From positions 11,737-75,736 of the forward strand of contig JAKAOM010000003.1 of assembly GCA_021812145.1 (NCBI GenBank): a stretch of 64,000 bases of DNA, written 5' to 3'. Positions within the stretch are counted from its first letter, which is position 1, and the number at the start of each line of letters is the position of its first letter. The notes under the pieces were generated by a model, which was not told where the DNA came from, ran no database searches, and saw nothing but the letters and a program-made list of their open reading frames with translations. Shown in pieces: positions 47,577 through 55,457 of this stretch. The position numbers and the translations under genes are program-made. This DNA is from Candidatus Micrarchaeota archaeon (GTDB lineage Archaea > Micrarchaeota > Micrarchaeia > Norongarragalinales > UBA8480).

Positions 47577-48818
47577 GTGGCAGACCAGAGAAAAAAAATA
47601 GAAGAACAATACAAAAGGAACATAATCCAAAGAGAAGTAACCCCAACCATAGATCTGAAAAACCCGACAGCCCTGGCAATACTAGGAGTAAGAAGATGCG
47701 GAAAATCAACTCTATCCACGCAACTATTCAACGGGCAAGACTTCGGATACATAAACTTCGATGATGAAAGACTGCTCGGAGCGACAAAAGACGACCTGAA
47801 CACCATACTCCAAATATTCTACGAACTGTACGGAACAAAACTAGAAAACATAATACTCGACGAAATACAGGAAATCTACGGCTGGGAGCTATTCGTAAGC
47901 AGACTCAGAGACACAAAAAAAGTGATTATAACAGGCTCAAGCTCCAAACTCCTAAGCAGCGAACTATCAACACACCTAACAGGAAGACACCTAGACCTTC
48001 TACTATTCCCCTTCAGCTTCAAAGAACTGCTAAAATACAAGAAAATCGAAACCCGCCCAAACCCAACAACCGAAGAAAAAGCAGAAATAATGAAAACGCT
48101 CGAAGACTACCTAAACAACGGAGGATTCCCTGAAAGACTGACGATAGGAAAACAAATCACAAAAAACATATACGAAGACATCATAACCAAAGACGTCGTC
48201 ATACGCCACAAAATCAAACACGTGAACGACCTAAGGCAAATAGCGCGCTACATGATAGCAAACACGGCAAAAGAATTCACCTACTCCTCACTCAAAAACA
48301 TAACCAGAGTAAAAAACATGATAACCCTAACCAACTGGGTAAAATACATCGAAGAAGCATACCTCGCCTTCACAATAGAAAAATTCTCCTACAAACTCAA
48401 ACAAACAATACTAGCCCCAAAAAAAACATACAGCGTGGATAACGGAATCACAAACGAGATAAACACAGAACTAACCAACAACAAAGGAAGACTCATGGAA
48501 AACACCGTGGCGATAGAATTAATAAAAAAAAGCAAAAACCAAAGAAAATTCAACGTCTACTACTGGAAAAACCAACAGGGAAAAGAAGTAGACTTCATAA
48601 CACAACACGACAAAACACTACAACTAATACAAGTAACCAACGCCTCAAACCAAGAAAAAATACAAAAAAGAGAATACGAATCACTACTAAAAGCCTCAGA
48701 AGAACTACAATGCAACAACCTAACCATAATAACCTGGGACTACGAAAAAAACACGACAGTACAAGGAAAAAAAATAACACACACCCCACTCTGGAAATGG
48801 CTACTACAACAAGAATAA
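47577..48818 (+). CDS. AAA-family ATPase (AAA_14 + DUF4143 type)
   Basis: ILGVRRCGKSTL (Walker A), ILDEIQEIYGWELFVSRL (Walker B), C-terminal GKEVDFI. GTG start in the track. Confidence 0.8.
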   Translation: MADQRKKIEEQYKRNIIQREVTPTIDLKNPTALAILGVRRCGKSTLSTQLFNGQDFGYINFDDERLLGATKDDLNTILQIFYELYGTKLENIILDEIQEIYGWELFVSRLRDTKKVIITGSSSKLLSSELSTHLTGRHLDLLLFPFSFKELLKYKKIETRPNPTTEEKAEIMKTLEDYLNNGGFPERLTIGKQITKNIYEDIITKDVVIRHKIKHVNDLRQIARYMIANTAKEFTYSSLKNITRVKNMITLTNWVKYIEEAYLAFTIEKFSYKLKQTILAPKKTYSVDNGITNEINTELTNNKGRLMENTVAIELIKKSKNQRKFNVYYWKNQQGKEVDFITQHDKTLQLIQVTNASNQEKIQKREYESLLKASEELQCNNLTIITWDYEKNTTVQGKKITHTPLWKWLLQQE

Positions 48819-48841
48819 AAAAACTAAAAAAACCAACCTCC

Positions 48842-48883
48842 AAAAACCTAGAAAACCCCTACCAACACACAGGCCTAAAACCA
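48842..48883 (+). repeat. 42-bp perfect direct repeat, copy B
   Basis: Identical to 47401-47442. Together the two copies bracket the AAA ATPase gene. Confidence 0.9.
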
Positions 48884-48926
48884 CTCAAATAAGAATTACA
48901 CTCCTTCTAAACTTCCCATCTTTTTT

Positions 48927-48960
48927 ACGCCGGCAGTGGGGGGCGCAAAAGCTTTTAAAC
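48927..48960 (+). promoter_or_regulatory. Conserved motif copy b (ACGCCGGCAGTGGGGGGCG) plus TATA-like CTTTTAAAC
   Basis: It follows a T6 run. It lies 89 nt upstream of the ATG at 49049. Confidence 0.45.
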
Positions 48961-49048
48961 TTAAAGAGAGCAAAATATAATTACATCGCTATCATCATCC
49001 TATCCTTGAAAAAAGAGGGGGGTCATGATAGTTTAAAAACCGATTCCT

Positions 49049-49576
49049 ATGACCGAAGAAGGCATTGAACAATATATAGAACACTATAGAAAAAAACTGA
49101 GCACAGGCCAAGGCTTAGACCAGCAAAGAAATGACATAAGAAAATTCATGCACAAAATTTACAGAATCCAAAACCACAGCACCATAGAAGGAAAACAAAC
49201 ACTAGGAAAAGCAATAGACGCGCTAAACGAAAGCATACCAACACACCCAGACGCCGGAGGATCAAAAATAAGAAAAGAAACAATGACTGCCATGACAAAA
49301 CTAGCTACAATGAGCGAAACACCCTGGATAGTGCAAAAAACCCTAGACTCGCTCCTACAACACGCAGAAAACCAAAGTCAACTAACAAGACTCCACGCCC
49401 TACAACACGCCGACAACCTACTACAATCAGAACAAAACATGTTCATCCCACTCGAAAAAGACAAAAACAAAGAAAAAATACGAAACAGCGCCCTAAAACT
49501 AAGCAAAGAAACCCACGGATACATCAAAGGACAAGCCATCAAAATAGCAAAAACGAACATCCACTCATTCAATTAA
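49049..49576 (+). CDS. Hypothetical helical protein (175 aa)
   Basis: ATG start and strongly A/C-ending codons. No motif recognised. Confidence 0.5.
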   Translation: MTEEGIEQYIEHYRKKLSTGQGLDQQRNDIRKFMHKIYRIQNHSTIEGKQTLGKAIDALNESIPTHPDAGGSKIRKETMTAMTKLATMSETPWIVQKTLDSLLQHAENQSQLTRLHALQHADNLLQSEQNMFIPLEKDKNKEKIRNSALKLSKETHGYIKGQAIKIAKTNIHSFN

Positions 49577-49580
49577 ACAA

Positions 49581-49603
49581 CCACCCCCTACACTGCCAGC
49601 GTC
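49581..49603 (-). promoter_or_regulatory. Conserved motif copy e, inverted (GACGCTGGCAGTGTAGGGGGTGG on the minus strand)
   Basis: On the minus strand it is preceded by a T6 run. It lies between convergent genes, so it is probably not acting as a promoter here. Confidence 0.4.
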
Positions 49604-49629
49604 AAAAAACAGTACGCCATCAAACATTT

Positions 49630-50196
49630 TCAAGGAAAAACAGGAGTGAAACCCAACTCTCTAGCCTTACCCTCAATAAAATCATTAACAGACAAACCCT
49701 TCATCCTAGCAGCATACTCGGCAAAACCCAAATCATTAACACAAACCACCCTATCCACCAAAGCCTTAATCCCAACATTCCCTATAACTTTTCTTTGAAC
49801 ACAATCATAAGCGATCGACTGAACGTTAAGAGGAACGCCAGACAAAAAACTCTCAATACTAGGCTCCACACCACGCTTCAAAATCGAATAAACGTTATTC
49901 AAAGGAACATAATCCACAACCAAACCCCCACTCACAAGCTTAGGATTACCATACCTATTCTTCTTAACCACCCAACCCTCGGGCAAATCAAAAACATCAA
50001 CAGGCCTCTCAACCAAAAAATCCAAATCAACAACCGGCCTAGCCACCCCATACCAAACACTAGCCAAAGTCCTATAAACAAAACCACCAATCAACCAAAA
50101 ACCACCAACACAATTCCCCTCCACAACACCTAAAACATCCAAAAAAACAGAATCGTCAACACCACTCAAAAAATCACCAGTAACATCCATAAACAA
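49630..50196 (-). CDS. Pol-beta-superfamily nucleotidyltransferase-like protein with extreme Val/Gly-rich composition
   Basis: WLIGGFVYRTL..(12)..VVDLDFLV fits the GG-x-x-R ... DxD NTase pattern. 34 of 188 residues are Val, and the coding strand is very A-poor. Confidence 0.5.
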   Translation of the reverse strand: MFMDVTGDFLSGVDDSVFLDVLGVVEGNCVGGFWLIGGFVYRTLASVWYGVARPVVDLDFLVERPVDVFDLPEGWVVKKNRYGNPKLVSGGLVVDYVPLNNVYSILKRGVEPSIESFLSGVPLNVQSIAYDCVQRKVIGNVGIKALVDRVVCVNDLGFAEYAARMKGLSVNDFIEGKARELGFTPVFP

Positions 50197-50277
50197 ACAA
50201 CTAAAACAAACAAAAATAAAAAACCAACACCCTCAAAAAAACAAACAAACACTAAAACAATATAAATAATCTAAACT

Positions 50278-50307
50278 CTAAATAGTAGTATCTCCTCTAC
50301 TATTTAG
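50278..50307. repeat. 11-bp perfect inverted repeat with 8-nt spacer
   Basis: CTAAATAGTAG-TATCTCCT-CTACTATTTAG. Confidence 0.85.
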
Positions 50308-50352
50308 TTATAATGGTAGCGACAAAACCGACAAAACCTCAGAGGTAAAAAT

Positions 50353-50414
50353 TGCGGGATAGTGCGGGATTCTGCGGGATACTCTAAACACTTTTGCGGG
50401 ATACTCTGCGGGAT
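50353..50414 (+). repeat. Iteron-like array: TGCGGGAT x5
   Basis: Copies start at 50353, 50363, 50373, 50395 and 50407. The first three are spaced exactly 10 bp apart, and copies 3 and 4 share CTGCGGGATACTCT / TTGCGGGATACTCT. Confidence 0.85.
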
Positions 50415-50418
50415 TCTC

Positions 50419-50438
50419 GACCCCAAACTGCCGGCATA
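50419..50438 (-). promoter_or_regulatory. Conserved motif copy f, inverted (GCCGGCAGTTTGGGGTC on the minus strand)
   Basis: This is the reverse complement of GACCCCAAACTGCCGGC. It directly abuts the iteron array. Confidence 0.4.
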
Positions 50439-50480
50439 ACCTCAGTAGGATTACATTTTAAAATCATTTAATACCATAGA

Positions 50481-52337
50481 ATGTTGAAGATGAGCAAGCA
50501 GTATAACCGATGCCAGAGGCATGGGTGTCACAACAGGGTTTCAAAGAAATGCAGGTTTTGCGGCAGGCTTTTCTGCGGTTATCACAGCACTCCAACACTT
50601 TGCTTAAATCCTAGAATGGTTCAAGAGGTCAAACAGTCGGATTATGAAAGGTATAAGAAGTATAACGAGGATTGGGATAGAAGGGACGGCCACCCCTGTA
50701 TGAAATACACTGAGTGGTGGAACTCAAACTATGAAAAAAACAAGGACTTGAAGTACGAGCAAACAAAAAAATCCCTGGACCACTTGTCACAAACACCAAC
50801 TTACAGCTTTCCAAGCAGGACAGAAATCATAAACCAGAATGAAAGCTATTACAACCCTCAAAAAGACTATAACCCGCCTTATGACAATAATCCTGAACGG
50901 GCGTACAAACCTGAGAATTATCACCCTCCAGAACGCAGCAGCAAGAATTATGAGGAAACAACCTCGAATAAGAAATTAATAACAGGGATTATTATTATAT
51001 TTTTAATTATGGTAGCAATTGCGGCTTTAACTTACTATTCCCAGAACGAGAGTTCAATAAACAAGGAAATAGGCTTGATGACTATAATAAAATGTTCTGA
51101 CAACACCACAAGCGGTTCTTGCTCTTTAAACCAGCCTTTTTACTGCAATAACGGAAAGTTGATATACAACGCTACCGAATGCGGCTGCCCTAGCAACACT
51201 ATCCTTGATTCAGGCTACTGCAGGCAGTACAAGAACTGCGCTGATTACACTAAAAGCGGTAACTGCTCTCAAACCAAACCATTATTCTGCTTTGATGGAA
51301 ACTTAACTGACAACGCTTCAACATGCGGTTGCGGGCCTGGTCAAATAGCTGATGGCGAAGATTGCAGACCAGTCATAAACTGCTCTGACGGAACTCCTGA
51401 CACGCAATGCTCAACAAACCAACCTTACTATTGTTTTAATGGAACTCTGGAACAAAAAGCGTCTTTATGCGGCTGCCCTGCATACCTGCAACAAAATGGA
51501 GATAACTGCACCAACCCCTACCCGTCTGACACAACGCGCTCATACTCATGGGAGTACGGAGGAAACACATATCAAATATCACTAAACCTTAGCAGCGATC
51601 TAGCAGCACAACTCGACCTAATACCAAATACTTACACAACAACCTTAGAACAGTATTTCAACTCCATAATAAACAACACCTACCAACAACTAGCAATCAA
51701 CGACATCATAAAACAAACAACTGGAAACGGAGACTATCAACTATTAAACGCGCTGGCCATGGTTCAAACCCTACCCTACGATTACACCTCCTACCAAAAC
51801 AGCGTTTTAAACCCCTCGCTGTCAGAAGCAAGATACCCTTACAGAACGCTGTATGATCAGACAGGTGTTTGCGAAGACAAAAGCCTTCTAGGCGCGGCGA
51901 TAGCAGAGCAGATGGGCTACGGCGTAGCATTATTTCAATACACTGCAGAAAACCATATGGCGCTAGGAATAAAATGCCCTACAGAACTCTCAAACTACAA
52001 CTCAGGATACTGCTTCCTAGAAATGACTACTCCCTGCAGCAAACTAACTTACAACGAAGGAAACTACACAGGAGGAATACAACTAACAAGCACGCCACAA
52101 ATAATAGTAATATCGGACGGAAAGAGCCTATCCTATCAAACAGTAGAAAACGCTATAACAGAAATAAACAACTACAAACAAGCATCAGACATGATGAGTC
52201 AACTACAAAACGAGATTTCAACATCCAACGTAAACCTCTACGATCCAAACAGCGTAAATCAATACAACGCTCTAGTAGACCAATACAACTACTATGTTAA
52301 AGTGTACAACACATTCAACAGCTGCAACACAACGTGA
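50481..52337 (+). CDS. AN1-like zinc finger / TM / 3x six-Cys repeat / transglutaminase-like (Cys-His) domain protein
   Basis: CQRHGCHNRVSKKCRFCGRLFCGYH, TM helix ITGIIIIFLIMVAIAALTYY, three ~48-aa repeats (C.D.T..G.CS...P.YC.NG.L...A..CGCP) and GVCEDKSLLGAAIAEQMGYGVALFQYTAENHMALG. Confidence 0.55.
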   Translation: MLKMSKQYNRCQRHGCHNRVSKKCRFCGRLFCGYHSTPTLCLNPRMVQEVKQSDYERYKKYNEDWDRRDGHPCMKYTEWWNSNYEKNKDLKYEQTKKSLDHLSQTPTYSFPSRTEIINQNESYYNPQKDYNPPYDNNPERAYKPENYHPPERSSKNYEETTSNKKLITGIIIIFLIMVAIAALTYYSQNESSINKEIGLMTIIKCSDNTTSGSCSLNQPFYCNNGKLIYNATECGCPSNTILDSGYCRQYKNCADYTKSGNCSQTKPLFCFDGNLTDNASTCGCGPGQIADGEDCRPVINCSDGTPDTQCSTNQPYYCFNGTLEQKASLCGCPAYLQQNGDNCTNPYPSDTTRSYSWEYGGNTYQISLNLSSDLAAQLDLIPNTYTTTLEQYFNSIINNTYQQLAINDIIKQTTGNGDYQLLNALAMVQTLPYDYTSYQNSVLNPSLSEARYPYRTLYDQTGVCEDKSLLGAAIAEQMGYGVALFQYTAENHMALGIKCPTELSNYNSGYCFLEMTTPCSKLTYNEGNYTGGIQLTSTPQIIVISDGKSLSYQTVENAITEINNYKQASDMMSQLQNEISTSNVNLYDPNSVNQYNALVDQYNYYVKVYNTFNSCNTT

Positions 52338-52341
52338 TTAT

Positions 52342-52923
52342 ATGCCAGACTTTAATTATTGGTCAAAAAGAGCAAAAAAATATGAAGATCCACTCTTTCA
52401 ATGGCTACTTTACGATCGTGTGCAAAATAAACTATTAACTTTTATAAAAACAAAACAGGAACCTAAGAAAATAATTGATATTGGTTGTGGAACTGGACGT
52501 TTACTGCGTAAAATAGAAAAAATATGGCCAAAAGCACAACTTATAGGTATTGACCCATCAGAAGGAATGATAGAAAAAGCAAAAAAACTCACGCCAAAAG
52601 CAAAATTTTACATTGCGAGGGCAGAATCTATACCACTACCTGATAATTCAGTTGACATGATTTTAAGCACACTTTCATTTCATCACTGGTCAGACCAACC
52701 TCAGGGAGTAAGCGAAATATGGCGAGTTTTGAAACCAAAAGGCCGATTATACATAGCAAATAAAACACTCCCAATATCTTTAAAACTATATTATATTTTA
52801 AAAGGAAAACCATACTACAAAGCAAAAAATATATTCAGTAAAGCTGGATTTAAAATAGAAATTAAAAAAATAAACTATATCTATATATTATTTAGAATAG
52901 AAATGATTATTGGAAAAAAATAA
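52342..52923 (+). CDS. Class I SAM-dependent methyltransferase
   Basis: IIDIGCGTGRLL (motif I), LIGIDPSEGMI, VDMILSTLSFHHW, LKPKGRLYIA. The ATG at 52342 is preferred over the upstream overlapping start. Confidence 0.85.
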   Translation: MPDFNYWSKRAKKYEDPLFQWLLYDRVQNKLLTFIKTKQEPKKIIDIGCGTGRLLRKIEKIWPKAQLIGIDPSEGMIEKAKKLTPKAKFYIARAESIPLPDNSVDMILSTLSFHHWSDQPQGVSEIWRVLKPKGRLYIANKTLPISLKLYYILKGKPYYKAKNIFSKAGFKIEIKKINYIYILFRIEMIIGKK

Positions 52924-53065
52924 AAAAGGTTACATTGTAAAAAGTAAACAATGAAAGATAAAAAAATTATATAAAATATGTTAAAGAATTTTCCTTATTT
53001 TTGGCGAATATTTTTTTAGAACATTCGAGTTCCGTTAAGTATTTAAATGTTGTTAAATAAACCAT

Positions 53066-53302
53066 TTGTTAGATTATGTTATGGTTGTAAATAATATGGA
53101 GTTACCACAAGTTAATATTATTGTAACTATTGTTTTAATTATTATCGTTGCCGGCATTACATATTTTGTGCAGCAAAACAGTTATGTGTCAAATATTTCA
53201 GCATTACAATTACAACAGAATAATTATATATTAAATATTTCAAATTTACAATCACAACTTAGTCAAACACAAAATCAACTACAAGCTTCAGTCAATAAAT
53301 GA
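53066..53302 (+). CDS. Small signal-anchored N/Q-rich protein
   Basis: TM helix VNIIVTIVLIIIVAGITYFV followed by Q/N/L repeats. It lies in a very AT-rich segment. Confidence 0.4.
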   Translation: MLDYVMVVNNMELPQVNIIVTIVLIIIVAGITYFVQQNSYVSNISALQLQQNNYILNISNLQSQLSQTQNQLQASVNK

Positions 53303-53349
53303 AAAATTTAATTATATACATTAGGCTATAATTTTTAGGTGTATTAAAT

Positions 53350-53694
53350 ATGGAAGAGAATATTGTTTTTGAATACATAAAATCAAAAAAAGAAATTACA
53401 TTTGTAGAATTGGAAGATTTTTGCAAAGAAAATAAATTTATAGAAGAAGACAAATACTTCCACTTATTAACTTTTAAAGAATACCAAAATGTGATTGCAT
53501 GGGAAAGTAAGAATAAGAAACTTATAGATATTACAACTTCATTACTAAACTCTAAAAAAATATCATTTAAAAGTTGTGGTATGTTTTTTTATCTAACAGA
53601 TGGCGTAGGTTTAGATATGCCAATAGCTAAAAAATTAAAAAATTATAAAGAACCACATTGGATACCATGCCTAATTTATGCAAATGTTGAATAA
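53350..53694 (+). CDS. Hypothetical protein (114 aa)
   Basis: ORF in the AT-rich island with no recognisable motif. Confidence 0.45.
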   Translation: MEENIVFEYIKSKKEITFVELEDFCKENKFIEEDKYFHLLTFKEYQNVIAWESKNKKLIDITTSLLNSKKISFKSCGMFFYLTDGVGLDMPIAKKLKNYKEPHWIPCLIYANVE

Positions 53695-54074
53695 AGTTAT
53701 CAAATGTTATAAATACTGTTAAATATTAAATATACTCTTTTTGAGAAAAACAAATACCTCTTGATGAAAAAGTGAAAGTTTTTAAAGTCAGGCTAGTTTT
53801 AATACTATAAGGGTGATTTGTTTTTTATGGCGCGTAAGAAAGAGAGTGTTTTAAGTTTTATTAAAAATAGGAGATTGTTATAGTTAGGGCTTAGTTTTTG
53901 GATAGGAGTTAGTTTGATGAGCATTTTTAATGTTTGGAAGATCAGCACTGATAAAAACGCGCTTTCTTATTCTTGGATCATGTTTTTCATCTCCGTAGTA
54001 GCCATCATTTTAGGCGGTTTTTACTGGGTTACTACAAATAAAAAATAATTCAACGTTAAATCAGAAAAAGAAAT

Positions 54075-54536
54075 CTAGTATTTTCCTTTGATTACGAAAA
54101 ACGAGCCTCGGATCGTTCCCGCCAGTTTGGATTTTTGCCTGGCGAACTTGAACTTTCCCAGCTCTTTTGGCACTTCCATTCCTTCAGAAAGCTTGAACCC
54201 GACAGCCCGCTTTTTAGGATCGTCAATCGTGTAAAGAACATTAACCCCAAGGCCGTCTTCGTAAAACACGTACGACCATTTGATGTTTTCCACTTGAAAA
54301 CTTGATGTTTCCAAAGGTTTTGCCGCGAATTCAATACCACGCTCTTCTTTCAATATTTTTTTAACATAATCAAGGGTCTTCCGGCCTTCTTTAGCAGGAA
54401 CAACAGTGAATTTATGATTGTACTTATTCATAAAATAACGGGCTTCATTGGCACGCAAGCCAGCAAGCGCTCTTGCCACAGGCGAGGATTCCAAGCCGAC
54501 AGTGGACACGTTCTTAAAATCAACTTCATACGCCAT
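54075..54536 (-). CDS. Hypothetical protein (153 aa)
   Basis: The internal ATG (MAYEVDF) is preceded by GGGTGG. Confidence 0.5.
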   Translation of the reverse strand: MAYEVDFKNVSTVGLESSPVARALAGLRANEARYFMNKYNHKFTVVPAKEGRKTLDYVKKILKEERGIEFAAKPLETSSFQVENIKWSYVFYEDGLGVNVLYTIDDPKKRAVGFKLSEGMEVPKELGKFKFARQKSKLAGTIRGSFFVIKGKY

Positions 54537-54704
54537 TTTCAACCACCCTTTATTTTTTTTAGGATTAAGGTATAAACAAACCAAGTATATATAATTATGT
54601 TTTTTTACTTACCCACAACCGTTCTAATAGTTTTCTTCATCTTCCTAGCATTCTTCCTACAAGAAGAAACCTTCCTTGAACTCTTCTTTCATTTACCTTA
54701 TTTT

Positions 54705-55457
54705 TTATGAAGGTTTGATCACGTTTTTGATTTCTTTTTCTTTGAAGCCAAGTTTTTTCAACTCTTTGAGTGTTTCAGAATGCGTTGTAACTTTTCTTTT
54801 TATTTCTGAGTACTTCTCTTTAATCATCTCTTTTTCATCAAGCTTTTGTAGTTTTTTAGTTATCGGCAAGGTTAAACCGTACTTTTTTTCCAGGTCCTCT
54901 AGCTGATTGTAAAGAGCACCGTAAAAAGGGCGTGTTCCGCTTTGATTCTCGCATTCTTTCAGTATAACATTCCAGTCGATTGTCGAACCGCGGATAATCA
55001 AATAAATATCATTAACGTCATCAGGACGTTCGGTGACGCCTTTAAAAAGAATCACATCTTCATTTGAAACTATCCTAACAGATAGTTTACCATAAACTTC
55101 GAGAAGCTGAGAACGTCGAACAATGCTTTTTGAGAGTTTAAGCGCGCCGCATACCGTTTCTATAAACAAGTCGAACCTGAAACCGTTCTTTTCAAGAAAA
55201 TTCGCCTCCATTCTACGGTAAGGCGTTTCGACTCTGACCGGCTCTTTAAAGCCCATCCGCCCTATGGCTTTTGTAAAAACGTCAAAATCCTTTGAGTTTT
55301 TTAGAATCAAGTCAAGATCCTTGGTAGCCGTTTTCTGGTCTCTGAACGCCATCGCGCCCCCTCCAACCATAAACACTTCCACACTTTCTTTCAGTAACCC
55401 TCCTATCTGCTTGAAAACCTCGTTCAAGTCGTCCTTTGTAAAACTTTTTCTAATCAT
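54705..55457 (-). CDS. Nucleotidyltransferase-fold protein, AbiEii-like toxin candidate
   Basis: VFMVGGGAMAFRDQKTATKDLDLIL fits the GG..(R)..DxD NTase core. Its start overlaps the upstream regulator stop by 4 bp. Confidence 0.5.
   Translation of the reverse strand: MIRKSFTKDDLNEVFKQIGGLLKESVEVFMVGGGAMAFRDQKTATKDLDLILKNSKDFDVFTKAIGRMGFKEPVRVETPYRRMEANFLEKNGFRFDLFIETVCGALKLSKSIVRRSQLLEVYGKLSVRIVSNEDVILFKGVTERPDDVNDIYLIIRGSTIDWNVILKECENQSGTRPFYGALYNQLEDLEKKYGLTLPITKKLQKLDEKEMIKEKYSEIKRKVTTHSETLKELKKLGFKEKEIKNVIKPS

Noticed and set aside
38140-48843. Minus-strand track ORFs in the A-rich half (e.g. 38140..38451, 38773..39048, 39166..39498, 41066..41619, 42008..42363, 44811..45171, 46548..46868, 46950..47402, 47459..47806, 48595..48843).
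   Set aside because: They are shadows of plus-strand genes (ubiB, the hypothetical operon, the AAA ATPase). They are Phe/Leu/Ser/Cys-rich with no motifs.
49795-50133. 112-aa plus-strand ORF antisense to the NTase-like gene.
   Set aside because: Its sequence is low-complexity (N/T/Q/P/I runs), produced by the A/C-only + strand. The minus-strand ORF is longer and carries an NTase motif.
50353-50414. Possible CRISPR array, considered because of the regularly spaced TGCGGGAT repeats.
   Set aside because: The repeat unit is only 8 bp with 2-14 bp between copies, and no cas genes are present. This is an iteron/operator-type layout, not CRISPR. I saw no other CRISPR-like array in the window.
51869-52300. 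143-aa alternative-frame ORF inside 50481..52337.
   Set aside because: It is Arg/Lys/Asn-rich low-complexity sequence in the A/C-rich part of the larger gene. The larger ORF has coherent domain structure.
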